The notes beneath the pieces are model-generated. The model was not told the DNA's origin. It was given only the letters and a program-made list of their open reading frames with translations, and did not search any database. A program made the translations under genes and the position numbers. Positions 1 through 16,422 of a stretch of DNA of 64,000 nucleotides are shown here, in pieces. Source of the DNA: Eledone cirrhosa. Taxonomy: Eukaryota. Positions within the stretch are counted from its first letter, which is position 1, and each line of letters starts with the position of its first letter. The DNA lies in assembly GCA_964016885.1 (NCBI GenBank), contig OZ024744.1, positions 46,624,001-46,688,000 of the forward strand, given 5' to 3'.

Positions 1-335
<335 letters not shown>

Positions 336-419
336 CGTTATTCCGGGTTGAATCGGAGGTAACCACAGTAAGTAAGGTACTCAATACAAAGCAGAGTATA
401 AAAGTTTTAATATAGATGA

Positions 420-468
420 GATTCTACAGGACTAGAACTGTTTCATTCTTTAGAAATCATCAGGAATC
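420..468 (-). ncRNA. Type I hammerhead ribozyme motif in a solo PLE-type terminal repeat
   Basis: Minus strand reads GATTC CTGATGA T TTC-TAAA-GAA T GAA ACAG-ttctagtc-CTGT A GAATC: stem I GATTC/GAATC, intact core, GUA cleavage triplet, U.U at 10.1/11.1. Confidence 0.75.
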
Positions 469-626
469 TGGGTATCAAAAAATAAAAATGGTATTTATAG
501 GTCTCTACAAGTGGTAGGAGAGGGTGGGGAGTGGGATGGGTGAATATATGGATGAATATATATATATGTATATATATATATGTATATATATGTATATATA
601 TATATAAATATGTATATATATATGTG

Positions 627-738
<112 letters not shown>

Positions 739-871
739 TATATATATGTATATATATATATATATATATACTTCAATACACTCATATATGTATATATATA
801 TGTATATATATGTATAAATATATATATATATGTATATATATATATGTAAATATATATGTGTATATATATAT

Positions 872-907
872 ATTCTTTTACTCTTTTACCTGTTTCAGCC
901 ATCCGGC
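872..907 (-). mobile_element. 3'-terminal stub of the CR1-like LINE family
   Basis: Matches the 3' tail of the LINE at 1553-1590 (GCCGGATGGCTGAAAC.GGTAAAAGAGTAAAAGA). Confidence 0.7.
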
Positions 908-1365
908 ATATATCACTGAGTCTAGGTAGAGGGTGGCGTCCAGGAAGTTAACGTTTTTAGTGTTTTTGTCCATGGTAATACTAAGGTTATAGTTTTTGAA
1001 TGTCTTGTGCAATAGTTTTCTAGCTCTTTCTATATTGAATTTTTTATAATCTATAAGTAGAAGTGCATCATCGCGGTACAAACCACCGTTGAGGTATGGA
1101 AGGTCCTTATGGATTTCGTTAAGTAAATATAGGCCGACTAAATCAGTGACCTGCGCCGTAAGCAAATAAATGATTTAAACTGAACTTTGATTCATGTGAT
1201 TTCTATATAACTGCTCTGTAAAACAACTGATATTATTACATTGCGGTATTTATCTTACTGGTAATAAGATAGTAATGAATTACTGTCTTACACTATTTAG
1301 GGTTTAAAATATATATAACTATATAAGGTTTTATTATATATATAACCATAAATAGTATCCTTAGT
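908..1365 (-). mobile_element. Naiad-like PLE RT fragment (908-1158, minus) fused to an inverted terminal-repeat segment (1158-1365)
   Basis: AQVTDLVGL...GGLYRDDALL...[10 protein letters not shown] motifs. 1158-1305 is a reverse-complement homolog of about 8650-8797. Confidence 0.8.
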
Positions 1366-1425
1366 AATATATATATATATATATGTATTTATACATATAT
1401 ATATATGTATATATATATATATTTG

Positions 1426-4643
<3,218 letters not shown>

Positions 4644-4781
4644 TATATATATATGTATATATATATATGTATATATATATATGTATATATATATATGTAT
4701 ATATATATATGTATATATATATATGTATATATATATATGTATATATATATATGTATATATATATATATGTATATATATATG

Positions 4782-4878
<97 letters not shown>

Positions 4879-4911
4879 ATAGGTATATATATATATACGT
4901 ATATATATATG

Positions 4912-4945
<34 letters not shown>

Positions 4946-5029
4946 TATATACATATGTATATATGTATATATATATGTATATATATATATATATGTATAT
5001 ATATATGTATATATATATATATAAATATG

Positions 5030-5116
<87 letters not shown>

Positions 5117-5185
5117 GTATGTGTATATATATATATATGTATATATATATATGTGTATATATATATATGTGTATATATATATATG
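4644..5185. repeat. (TA)n-rich microsatellite
   Basis: About 540 bp TA/TG tract between two retroelements. Confidence 0.98.
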
Positions 5186-6420
5186 TAACCATCGATTACC
5201 TGTACTAGACACAGATCTCTGGTTAGATACCATTAATAACAAAAAACAAATCCTCCATTCCCATTATGCCAAACCCATGACTTCCAAATATCTGATCCAC
5301 CGAAACTCAGCTGTTTCAGACCATACCAAAATCAACATACTGATTGCGGATTTGGTACGGGTGATGAGAAACGTGTCCCGCATGTGCAACCCCGAAGAAC
5401 TAGAGAGACACATACAACACTTCATCCACCGTATGCAGTTCTCTGGTTACAATCAGAGAGATAAAATCAGAGTGTATAGAGGAGCCAGAACCAAATGGGA
5501 AAAAATGGTAAATAATGACACAAATGGAACCTGCCCCTTGTATAGGAGCAACTTTTGGAATATAATAGAAAGAACTAGGAGTATGGATAATAGAATAAAC
5601 TCATGGTATGAAAGCAATAAATACCAGAGTGTAATGTTCATCGATACAACCCCTAGAGGTGAATTAGCTTACAAATTTAGGAGGGCCCTAGATAAACATA
5701 AACTCAATATTAAGATAGTAGAAAGACCAGGTACCTCCATAAAAACACTTATTAGCAAGACATACCCTTTTCAAAGACCCCCTGTATAGATAAGAAATGT
5801 ATAACCTGTAAATTAAGCGCCCATATTAACTGTAAAACTAGAAATGTAGTATATAGCATAAGATGTACTGAAGGACAATGTAGAGACAAAAAAAATATAG
5901 TGTACATAGGTGAGACAGCTCGTAGTCTAGGGGAACGGATAAATGAACACTGGCGAGACCTTCAAGATAGTAAAGAATCATCTGTACTCTACCAACATGC
6001 TAAAATAGAACATAAGTGTAAATTAGAGAACATAGAAATAAAAATAGAATCTACACACAGAAAAGACGCAATGTTTAGACAAATCACAGAGGCAATAAAC
6101 ATAAAAGAATTACAACCAAAATTTAATAGAAAACATGAGTGGAACAGCAACATCACGTCTTACAATTAAGGACAAAATGAAATAACACGCACATAGAACA
6201 AACAACCAACCTGTAACATGTACATAAACAAATAAATAAACGATAAACACACACAGACACCTGGATGTGGCGCATGCGCAGACTGAGCACACAACACACA
6301 CACAGAAACAAAATGGCGTAGGACAGAACAAAGGAGAGGCACAAAAACAAAGAAAAGAATCCCCAGTCACTGAAGAGGTCACAGAATGTGTGACGAAAGA
6401 ACTTTGACAATATATAAACA
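5186..6420 (+). mobile_element. 5'-truncated Penelope-like element (RT thumb + GIY-YIG endonuclease + 3' UTR with HHR)
   Basis: LPVLDT...HYAKPM RT thumb, Cys linker, VVYSI...YIGETARSLGERINEH GIY-YIG domain. Frameshift near 5780. Clade not assigned. Confidence 0.85.
6366..6408 (+). ncRNA. Minimal type I hammerhead ribozyme motif
   Basis: GTCA CTGAAGA G GTCACA-gaatg-TGTGAC GAA AG-aa-CT T TGAC, located in the 3' UTR of the PLE. Confidence 0.7.
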
Positions 6421-6646
6421 ACTACCTGGTTGTGGAACCAACCAACCAACCGGAAACTTATAAATTCCTAAATTTATAAATTTATTATAATAAATTGAAG
6501 TGAAAACGTCTGGTGCGTGTGTTTCTTATTGGCAACATGACCCTCCCAAAGTATAACAATATCAGTTTCAATACACGTTTTCAGATAAAGAATCTTGCTA
6601 AACAAATTCAGAAACGATTTATATATAATATATATATATATATATG

Positions 6647-6736
<90 letters not shown>

Positions 6737-6742
<6 letters not shown>

Positions 6743-7030
6743 ATCAAAAGATGGTTAAATGAGTTCCATGCGCATTTCAAAAACAAATATCATCATGCAA
6801 TAACATTTGTGTTTTCATCAGATAAAATAGGAAGACATGATATGAAGGTTAAAAACACTTGTGGATAGTGCAGTTTTAAATCAACATAAGTTTTTAACCT
6901 TTTTAACCTTCATATCATGTCTTCCTATTTCATCTGATGAAAACACAAATATTATTGCATGATGATATTTGTTTTTGAAATGCGCATAAGAAAATACATG
7001 GAACTCATTTAACCATCTTTTGATCTTATA
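6737..7030. repeat. Fold-back inverted repeat (about 120-130 bp arms) carrying an HHR
   Basis: 6737-6855 is the reverse complement of 6900-7030, apart from a 12-nt deletion and a few substitutions. Confidence 0.9.
6926..6996 (+). ncRNA. Type I hammerhead ribozyme motif (AUA triplet)
   Basis: TATTTCAT CTGATGA, long stem II (ACAAATATTAT/ATGATATTTGT), GAA AT-GCGC-AT A AGAAAATA. Same design as 59473-59538. Confidence 0.7.
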
Positions 7031-7122
7031 TATTATGTATAATCCTGTCCTACAAACTGTAGAGTGCTTCTTATCCGATATCTGCATTGCTTTATTGTAC
7101 TAGAATAAAACTCACCTCCTAC

Positions 7123-7190
<68 letters not shown>

Positions 7191-7257
7191 GTATATATAT
7201 TTATTTATTTATGAAAGTAAAACAAAGAAGCCTTCAATACATCAAAAGTCTTTATTA

Positions 7258-7295
7258 GCCAACAATGTTTCGTCCTATTAAGGACTCATCAGGGC
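7258..7295 (-). ncRNA. Minimal type I hammerhead ribozyme motif
   Basis: Mirror of 8250-8287: GCC CTGATGA GTCC-ttaata-GGAC GAA AC-att-GT T GGC. Confidence 0.85.
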
Positions 7296-8249
7296 AATTA
7301 AAACAACAAGAAGTATTATCGGCCTATGCGAGCCGAAAACTCACTCATCCACATATATGTCTGTTTACCAACCTTGTAATTATAAGTAATTATATATTAT
7401 ATTATGTTAATTATTTTATATTATATTTCTTATTGTACTATCGATACTTGTTACTTACCGTTGATTATATATAACATTATGATATGTTAAATTGTATATA
7501 TCATGTAAGAAGTTTATATTTTTGTACCATCATAATTTTGGGCATTGTACAATTTATATTTTTTCTCACCTACTCTGTAACTCTATATGAATTGATTTGT
7601 TAACTTGCATGCCATTATATATTATATATTATATATGTTATATTATTATTATAGTATTATTGTGACATCTATATTGTTTGTGTAAAATTAACCGGAGATT
7701 ATCTATTATTATATTATATTATATGGTATATAATTGTATAGTTTATTATATATTATATGTGCTACTTATAATCATATCATATTATTACCTCATGTATATT
7801 AGATATATGTATTATTACTATTATTATTATTTTCATTCCTATCATGCTTATTTATATTTAAACTCTTAATAAGGTTTAATTTGTGCTGTTAAAGATGGAT
7901 ATGTGTATTGATGTATGTGTATGTGTGCGTACGTGTGCGTACATATATACATATATATATTGTACCTTTTAATTTTTATTGTAATTTTAATATTGTTACA
8001 AGTATATTATATTATATTATATAGTATTATATATAATTCCCGCTCTATATAACCACCTTTGTTTAGCTTTAGGTTTTTTTTTTGCTTTGGACTATATTTG
8101 TAAGATGGTTCTAAATGTTATACACCTCCTTAGTGATTTTTATTATATATTTTTACACATAATCTTGCAATACTTTAGTGTATGTACACTCCATATTCTT
8201 CGGAGTTTTCAGCTTGTATAGGCCGATAATACTTCTTGTTGTTTTAATT

Positions 8250-8287
8250 GCCCTGATGAGTCCGTAATAGGACGAAACATTGTTGGC
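8250..8287 (+). ncRNA. Minimal type I hammerhead ribozyme motif
   Basis: GCC CTGATGA GTCC-gtaata-GGAC GAA AC-att-GT T GGC. Canonical core with G10.1-C11.1. Confidence 0.88.
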
Positions 8288-8434
8288 TAATAAAGACTTT
8301 TGATGTATTGAAGGCTTCTTTGTTTTACTTTCATAATTCTTCGGCTCTGTTTAATTACATTGAGCTATACCTTTTACTGTCATTTTTATAATACGAAGAG
8401 GGTGTTTAACTCCAACACGCTCCAGTATTTTAAT

Positions 8435-8525
<91 letters not shown>

Positions 8526-8540
8526 TATATATATATATGC

Positions 8541-8578
<38 letters not shown>

Positions 8579-8788
8579 GTATTAAGGGTACTATTTATGG
8601 TTATGTATGTAATAAAACCTTTAATGGTAATATATTATATATACACACAAACCCTAAATAGTGAAAGATAGTCATTAATTACTATCCTATTACCAGTAAG
8701 ATAAATAGCTCAATGTAATAACATCAGTTGTTTTACAGAGCAGTTATATAGAGATTACAATAATCAAAGTTCAGTTTAAGTCATTTAT

Positions 8789-8837
8789 TTGCTTACAATT
8801 GTTTCCTCCAAACCGAGGTTTGGATTCTTCGGAGCAA
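8789..8837 (-). ncRNA. Hammerhead motif, C4 variant (CCGAAGA)
   Basis: TTGCT CCGAAGA A TCCAAACC-tc-GGTTTGGA G GAA AC-aatt-GT A AGCAA. Confidence 0.72.
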
Positions 8838-11485
8838 CTATTTACTGATCTATAACATACTTGACCTCCTTTTCAACCCAAGAGACACATAACACATATG
8901 CGTATATTGATCAACAGTGGGGTGACATTCATCAAATGATATAGCATGGCAATTTACATGTAAAGGTTACAGGATAAAAATAAAAATAAAAATAAAAGCA
9001 AGAATGAAAATAAAGATAAACATGAAGCGTTGGCAGTCTATGAAGATAAAGCAAGAGGAAAGCTTAGAGTAGTCAGTGTATGAAACAATCTCACGTGTAG
9101 CATGCACGGGTGTCTTATTTATACATGATTAGAGTGCGTCAGAATGATATTTGCAGGGTCAGGCATTTGAAGCAGGCAATCGATCTTATTATGTGGGCTG
9201 AATTATTAAGTCATTTATTCTCATACATCTGTATGATATACAGTCTCGGATGCAGGGAAACACCAAAATATCACAAACTTTCAACATACTATAAACCTTA
9301 TTGTATCGTAGGCAAAGCCGTACCACTGTCTTCGCTCACACCGCCACTCACATAATCCATGAGACGCAATATATAGAACACGTGTCTATCGTATGATTCA
9401 CGATGGTTCAGCATATAATCAAGTTATAAACCGTATCCAGTCGGTTCTTAATTAATAGATCATGCTGTCCAGATTCCGGAAGTGTCTGAATGACTAAGGG
9501 GAATTAATGCGTAAGGGGAGGTAACTAGCTAGTTATCTTAGTTAAATTACTATCCTAAACTACATTAATGGTGATTCAAATACGTGCCTATCATATGAAG
9601 TTATAACTAATTTCTAGAGTATGTTTCCCAAGTATAGGTTAGAGAGTTGTCCATTAAGAAGTACAAGGGTGTATATATTAGGATGATTACCATACATTAA
9701 GGGGTGTCATATCTGAACATTCTATGAGAGGAGTCAGACTCTCAAGTCCCTGTTCCATGCAAATGTAATATAACAGTAGGACCTGGTATGGTCCCACTAT
9801 TATATATATGCCCCCCGGTAGGCTTCGGATCATTGCATGTCTGAATCTCCGGTAAATCTTCGGTATGGTCCGGAGATCCTATTTCACATATAAAGGCACT
9901 AGTCTGGTCATCAAGCAATAGACAACCCCCATCTCATATATAAATCAATTAAGTATCACATCTACAAGTTAGAGTGGAGTCTATTAATAGGTACTAAAGG
10001 AGTTCACATCAAGATGATTACAATCTGGAGATTAAATCTCTCATACCAGGGCACCTGTCTGGCCACCAAGTAATACGTAAACTCACATCCCACATATAGA
10101 TCAGGTATCCCATCTACAAGCTAGAGTGGAGTCCAGTAACAAGTACTAAAGGAGTTCGTATCATGATGACTACAATCAACATGGGGTGCCACACCCGGCC
10201 AATCCATAAGAAGAGTCAGACCACATAATTAATTACATGGGTCTCACTATCAGTAATGGTCTTATTATCATACATGACTCCCGGCGAGATTCAGGTCGTA
10301 GTATGACTGCATCCCCAATAAATTCACCAGGGTGGTCCGGTCGCCGGTTCTCTCGTCAAAAGGTGCCGGTCAGGTCACCAGGCAACACAGAGGCTCCTAA
10401 CTCATGCATCTCCTGTGCATAATTCATTTAACTGTATATATTCACATAACAATACGATTATCCATCTAATCATCAATCTATCTCTTGGTGGGAATCCATG
10501 CACAGGACTATGTTATCGCAACCAGTACCGTGTCCCCGGTTTATACTAATCTTATATTTGTGCAATGCAGATTAAGTAGTCCACGGTCGAGATATCAGAA
10601 TTAGAGGTACAAGGGGGTATTCCCAGGGTAGGTGGTACTAAAATGCTGTCAGTATTATCTTTAGAGTATACAAATGGGTGTGGATGTGAGGTGTAAGGTG
10701 AGCTACTGATGTTAATTGCTAGGGGTGGTGCCGGTTCCAGTCTGACATTATTATATATAGGGTTTAAAGTTTTGGAACGAGTGTCGGAAGGCAAGTTGCG
10801 AACACTTCTGATTTTTTTTATTAAGGAGACTATGTTTAGAGAAGATGATAGTATGGGTCTCTAGTAGACAGAGGTTACAAAATTTATTAGGTGGTTTGTA
10901 CGATGTTGCACTACCTACCACTTCCCATTTAAGTGTATATATTTTATTTTTAGTTTTTAGATAGTGTATGTAGCTAGATAGTGAAGTGGAGTTGGCTAGA
11001 CTGTGTTTTTTGAAAGAGTGGAGGTGCGAATTGTATCTAGTTTTGAAGCAGTTAGAAGTAGAACCTATATATGTTTCAGAGGAGTTGTTAGTTGTGACTG
11101 TACATGAGTATATGATATCCTTGGTTAAGCATTTTTTATCCAAAGGGCAGGTTCTACTTGATCTACAGTTACAATTACTCTGGGTGCTAGTCTGCCGGTT
11201 ATAAATAAGACACGCGTGCATGCTACACGTGAGATTGTTTCATACACTGACTACTCTAAGCTTTCCTCTTGCTTTATCTTCATAGACTGCCAACGCTTCA
11301 TGTTTATCTTTATTTTCATTCTTGCTTTTATTTTTATTTTTATTTTTATCCTGTAACCTTTACATGTAAATTACCATGCTATATCATTTGATGAATGTCA
11401 CCCCACTGTTGATCAATATACGCATATGTTTTATGTGTCTCTTGGGTTGAAAAGGAGGTCAAGTATGTTATAGATCAGTAAATAG

Positions 11486-11534
11486 TTGCTCCGAAGAATC
11501 CAAACCTCGGTTTGGAGGAAACAATTGTAAGCAA
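11486..11534 (+). ncRNA. Hammerhead motif, C4 variant (CCGAAGA)
   Basis: Identical mirror copy of 8789-8837. Confidence 0.72.
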
Positions 11535-11589
11535 ATAAATGACTTAAACTGAACTTTGATTATTGTAATCTCTCTATATATATATGTAT

Positions 11590-12016
11590 ATAAAATATTA
11601 AAAAAATAATGAATAAAACAATGAAACAGTTCCTTATATTAAACAAAAAAAGTTCATTATTTAACGATCGTTTCTGGGATATATATGTGTTAGAATTGGC
11701 ATGTATATTTAACAGATCTATGTACAAAATTATACAAAATTATACAAACTATCAAAATTAAATATACATACCAACTCATATATATGCCGTCTTCAGAAAT
11801 AAATTATTTCTGAAGACGGCATATATATGAGTTGGTATGTATATTTAATTTTGATAGTTTGTATAATTTTGTATAATTTTGTACATAGATCTGTTAAATA
11901 TACATGCCAATTCTAACACATATATATCCCAGAAACGATCGTTAAATAATGAACTTTTTTTGTTTAATATAAGGAACTGTTTCATTGTTTTATTCATTAT
12001 TTTTTTAATATTTTAT
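11590..12016. repeat. Palindrome with 213-bp arms and a 1-nt loop (centre 11803)
   Basis: Arms read as reverse complements. The right arm continues to about 12151 as a homolog of the 26735-27064 terminal repeat. Confidence 0.95.
11803..11950 (+). ncRNA. Hammerhead motif with about 115-nt stem II (mirror copy 11656-11803, minus)
   Basis: ATTATTT CTGAAGA C [long hairpin] A GAA AC-gatc-GT T AAATAAT. Confidence 0.75.
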
Positions 12017-12150
12017 CTTGACTCTGTATTCCGTTTATCTTTCACCGAAAGTGATTTTTCATTGCATCTCTTCTTTCCATGATATCCGGATTACATTGAG
12101 TTCTTCATACGGATTGGACACTACCGTAAACTCTTGGTAGATTTATCTAC

Positions 12151-13470
<1,320 letters not shown>

Positions 13471-13991
13471 GGTGATAAATCGGATTGAGGTGAGTAAATA
13501 ATATGGAGAGAGATGTTTAAGTAATATTTTCGGAGAGGGATTCTAGTGTCACAGTTACTCTATCCACATATTGAACGATAATGTCATACATTATAACTAC
13601 AGGGCTCCAGGCATTAGTGGGTCTGGTACACAGTCCTAATTTCCATCACATGGAACAAAATCAAAGAAAAACAGACATAAAGTACACAAAAGAAAAGAAC
13701 AGAACCAATAGTGAATAAATGCAAAAACACAGAGTACATATATGCAAAATGATCCATATGATTGTTCATCTGTCCATGTATAGATTGAATTGAGGGGGTC
13801 TCTGTTCAAATGCGATTTGGTGCAGGAAAATAGGGGTTTATCCTATTATTTGTTTCCGCGTATTTATCCTGCCGAAACTTGTTATTATTATGCCCGTCCA
13901 GTGTAAGGGGCCTCCATCCCCATGGTAGAGGGAATTTCCGGGGTAGTTTATGGTTGGTTCCTCTCTTCTCCACCATATCGGTTACGTCGTA

Positions 13992-14584
13992 AAACTAATT
14001 AGTTGGAGTGAAATTTTAGTAAGTAAGTCAATTTTCATAACTTTCTTATTTACGTCTTTCATATAATTGTTCTTCATTCCCCTGCATAGAACCACAAAGT
14101 TACTAAGACAAAACATATTTATCTGCTAGCATAGGTATGCATCTGTATACATTAGTCGGTAGATATATTAATTCTTTATAATTATCTCCAAATTATGTTG
14201 AGCAAAATTTGCCAAATTACTACTGTGACTGATAGTAGTAGCTAGGCTCTGTCTTAATAGCACCCCCACTCCAAGCTTGTTAACCTCAGTGTCACGTGAT
14301 TGATTCTTTTGAATTTGCCACTTGACCAAGAAGGCAGTGAATTTTTCAGTGCTTAGAATCTAGCCCCGCTCGATTTTTTCGCTTTTTTCCATCCACTGAA
14401 TTATTGTTATATAAGTTCCCAGTGTCCCCGCATTGCCTGGAAACTTAGCTGAGATTAGACTCCCTGATGACGTAAGGCTTCTCTATAGTTATTACGTAAC
14501 TATATTTATCCCCTTACAGAAACTAATTAGTTGGAGTGAAATTTTAGTAAGTAAGTCAATTTTCATAACTTTCTTATTTACGTC

Positions 14585-14592
<8 letters not shown>
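13992..14592 (+). mobile_element. ORF-less HHR-bearing element with terminal direct redundancy (unit about 528 nt), retrozyme/mini-PLE-like
   Basis: 13992-14065 is repeated at 14520-14593. Homologous over its length to 43736-44304. Confidence 0.75.
14459..14537 (+). ncRNA. Type I hammerhead motif with extended stem II
   Basis: ACTCC CTGATGA C GTAAGG..(TATAGTTA/TAACTATA)..CCTTAC A GAA AC-taatta-GT T GGAGT. Confidence 0.82.
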
Positions 14593-14636
<44 letters not shown>

Positions 14637-14653
14637 ATATATATGTATATATG

Positions 14654-14820
<167 letters not shown>

Positions 14821-14833
14821 GTATATATAGATG

Positions 14834-14864
<31 letters not shown>

Positions 14865-14873
14865 GTATATATA

Positions 14874-14945
<72 letters not shown>

Positions 14946-14951
<6 letters not shown>

Positions 14952-15180
14952 TGTTCCGTGCTGTTTGCTCTGATCAGAGCAAACAGCACGGACACTCTAT
15001 CTCAAAATTATTTTTGAGAAGCATTTAGAAATGCGCAACCGGTAAAAACTTATAAAACTTAAAACCACAACTTAATACTAAGCCATACAATCACTAATAC
15101 TCTTTTATTCCTAATTAAACCATTTTTCAACTGTGAACAATTTGTCAGCATTTTCTATTCCGTTTACCAATATATAATAA
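14946..15180 (+). repeat. Short repeat with 5' fold-back hairpin (14946-15000) and degenerate HHR-like motif (15011-15047); second copy at about 42308-42497
   Basis: 27-bp arms with no loop. Motif TTGAGAA GCATT-taga-AATGC GCA AC-cg-GT A. Confidence 0.6.
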
Positions 15181-15205
15181 CTTGTGTGTTACACCTCTAT
15201 TCTTT

Positions 15206-15255
<50 letters not shown>

Positions 15256-15456
15256 CACTCATACATACACACACACATATATACACACATATATGTGTAT
15301 ATAAATACACACATACACATACGTATACACATATATACATACGCACATAAATATCAACACATCCATACATACACATACATATATACAACCACACACACAT
15401 ATATACACACATATACACATAGAAACATAAATATAAATACATATACATACACACAT

Positions 15457-15496
<40 letters not shown>

Positions 15497-15544
15497 CAGG
15501 AAAGAAGGTTTACATGGTTTGCTATACAAAAAAGTTTTTAATCA

Positions 15545-15657
15545 CATAGCTTACATTTGTTTCACTGAACTGGTATGTCTAGAGATCGCTATCCGCCTAA
15601 TTTTGCGTCACTCGATCGCCAATACAGAATTATAACCAGTCAGATCTTCGGAGCATG
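15545..15657 (-). ncRNA. Hammerhead motif, C4 variant with long stem II
   Basis: Mirror of 20171-20283. Confidence 0.7.
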
Positions 15658-16040
15658 CGAGAATGAAGAAAATACACAGGCAAGAAAATAAAAGAAAATA
15701 TGGAGTAGTTATGGCATTCAATTAGAACAATAAACAACAACAATTATTACAACAATGCTATCAATAAACTATTTAAGGAGACCCTGACATTACTTAGGTG
15801 GGGTGTATATAATGTATCTAATGTTACGGCGTGAAAACCAGCTGTCATAAGGCAAAAAGTATCGTAGTGTGTATCAATTTTAAATTATAAAGATAAGCTA
15901 GTTTTTACAGTCTTTCTCTTCATCTTCAACCGTATACATGAGTGGGACCACTGTCAAAGCTCAATAGTTGTAGAGTTAATACAGAGGTTAACGAATTAAT
16001 ATACGCATATATCTACGCACACACACACACACACACACAT

Positions 16041-16087
<47 letters not shown>

Positions 16088-16422
16088 TAAATACATATAC
16101 ACACATATGTGTACATAGACACATACATACACACTAATATACACTCGTACAAAAATATACATACATGCAAAGAGAAAAGCGTGCTAATTGTAATATGGCA
16201 AAAAGAAGGTAAAGTAACATTGTAGTAGTGAAATGAGAAAAACTAGGATCTAGGATCAAATGATTGCAGCAGCTGAGAAGGAGTAAGATTGTTGGTAGAT
16301 GAGGTATTTACAGACTATTGTGTGGTATAGACTTGTGAAGGAAATAGTATACTTAATGAATATATATTTTTTTTTGTGGGTAGTAGGTATCCTAATTTAA
16401 AGCTATGTTATGTTGGTTCGAT

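Larger units (their letters stand above)
7209..8336. mobile_element. ORF-less element bounded by about 134-bp inverted repeats, each containing an HHR
   Basis: 7209-7342 is the reverse complement of 8203-8336. The spacer is AT-rich and non-coding. Confidence 0.8.
8585..11580 (-). mobile_element. 5'-truncated Naiad-like PLE with long 3' UTR and inverted terminal-repeat copy
   Basis: GIY-YIG ORF fragment 10751-11221 with CNCRSSRTCPL (CxCx5C) linker and YIGST motif. About 8746-9108 is inverted at about 11215-11580. Confidence 0.88.
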
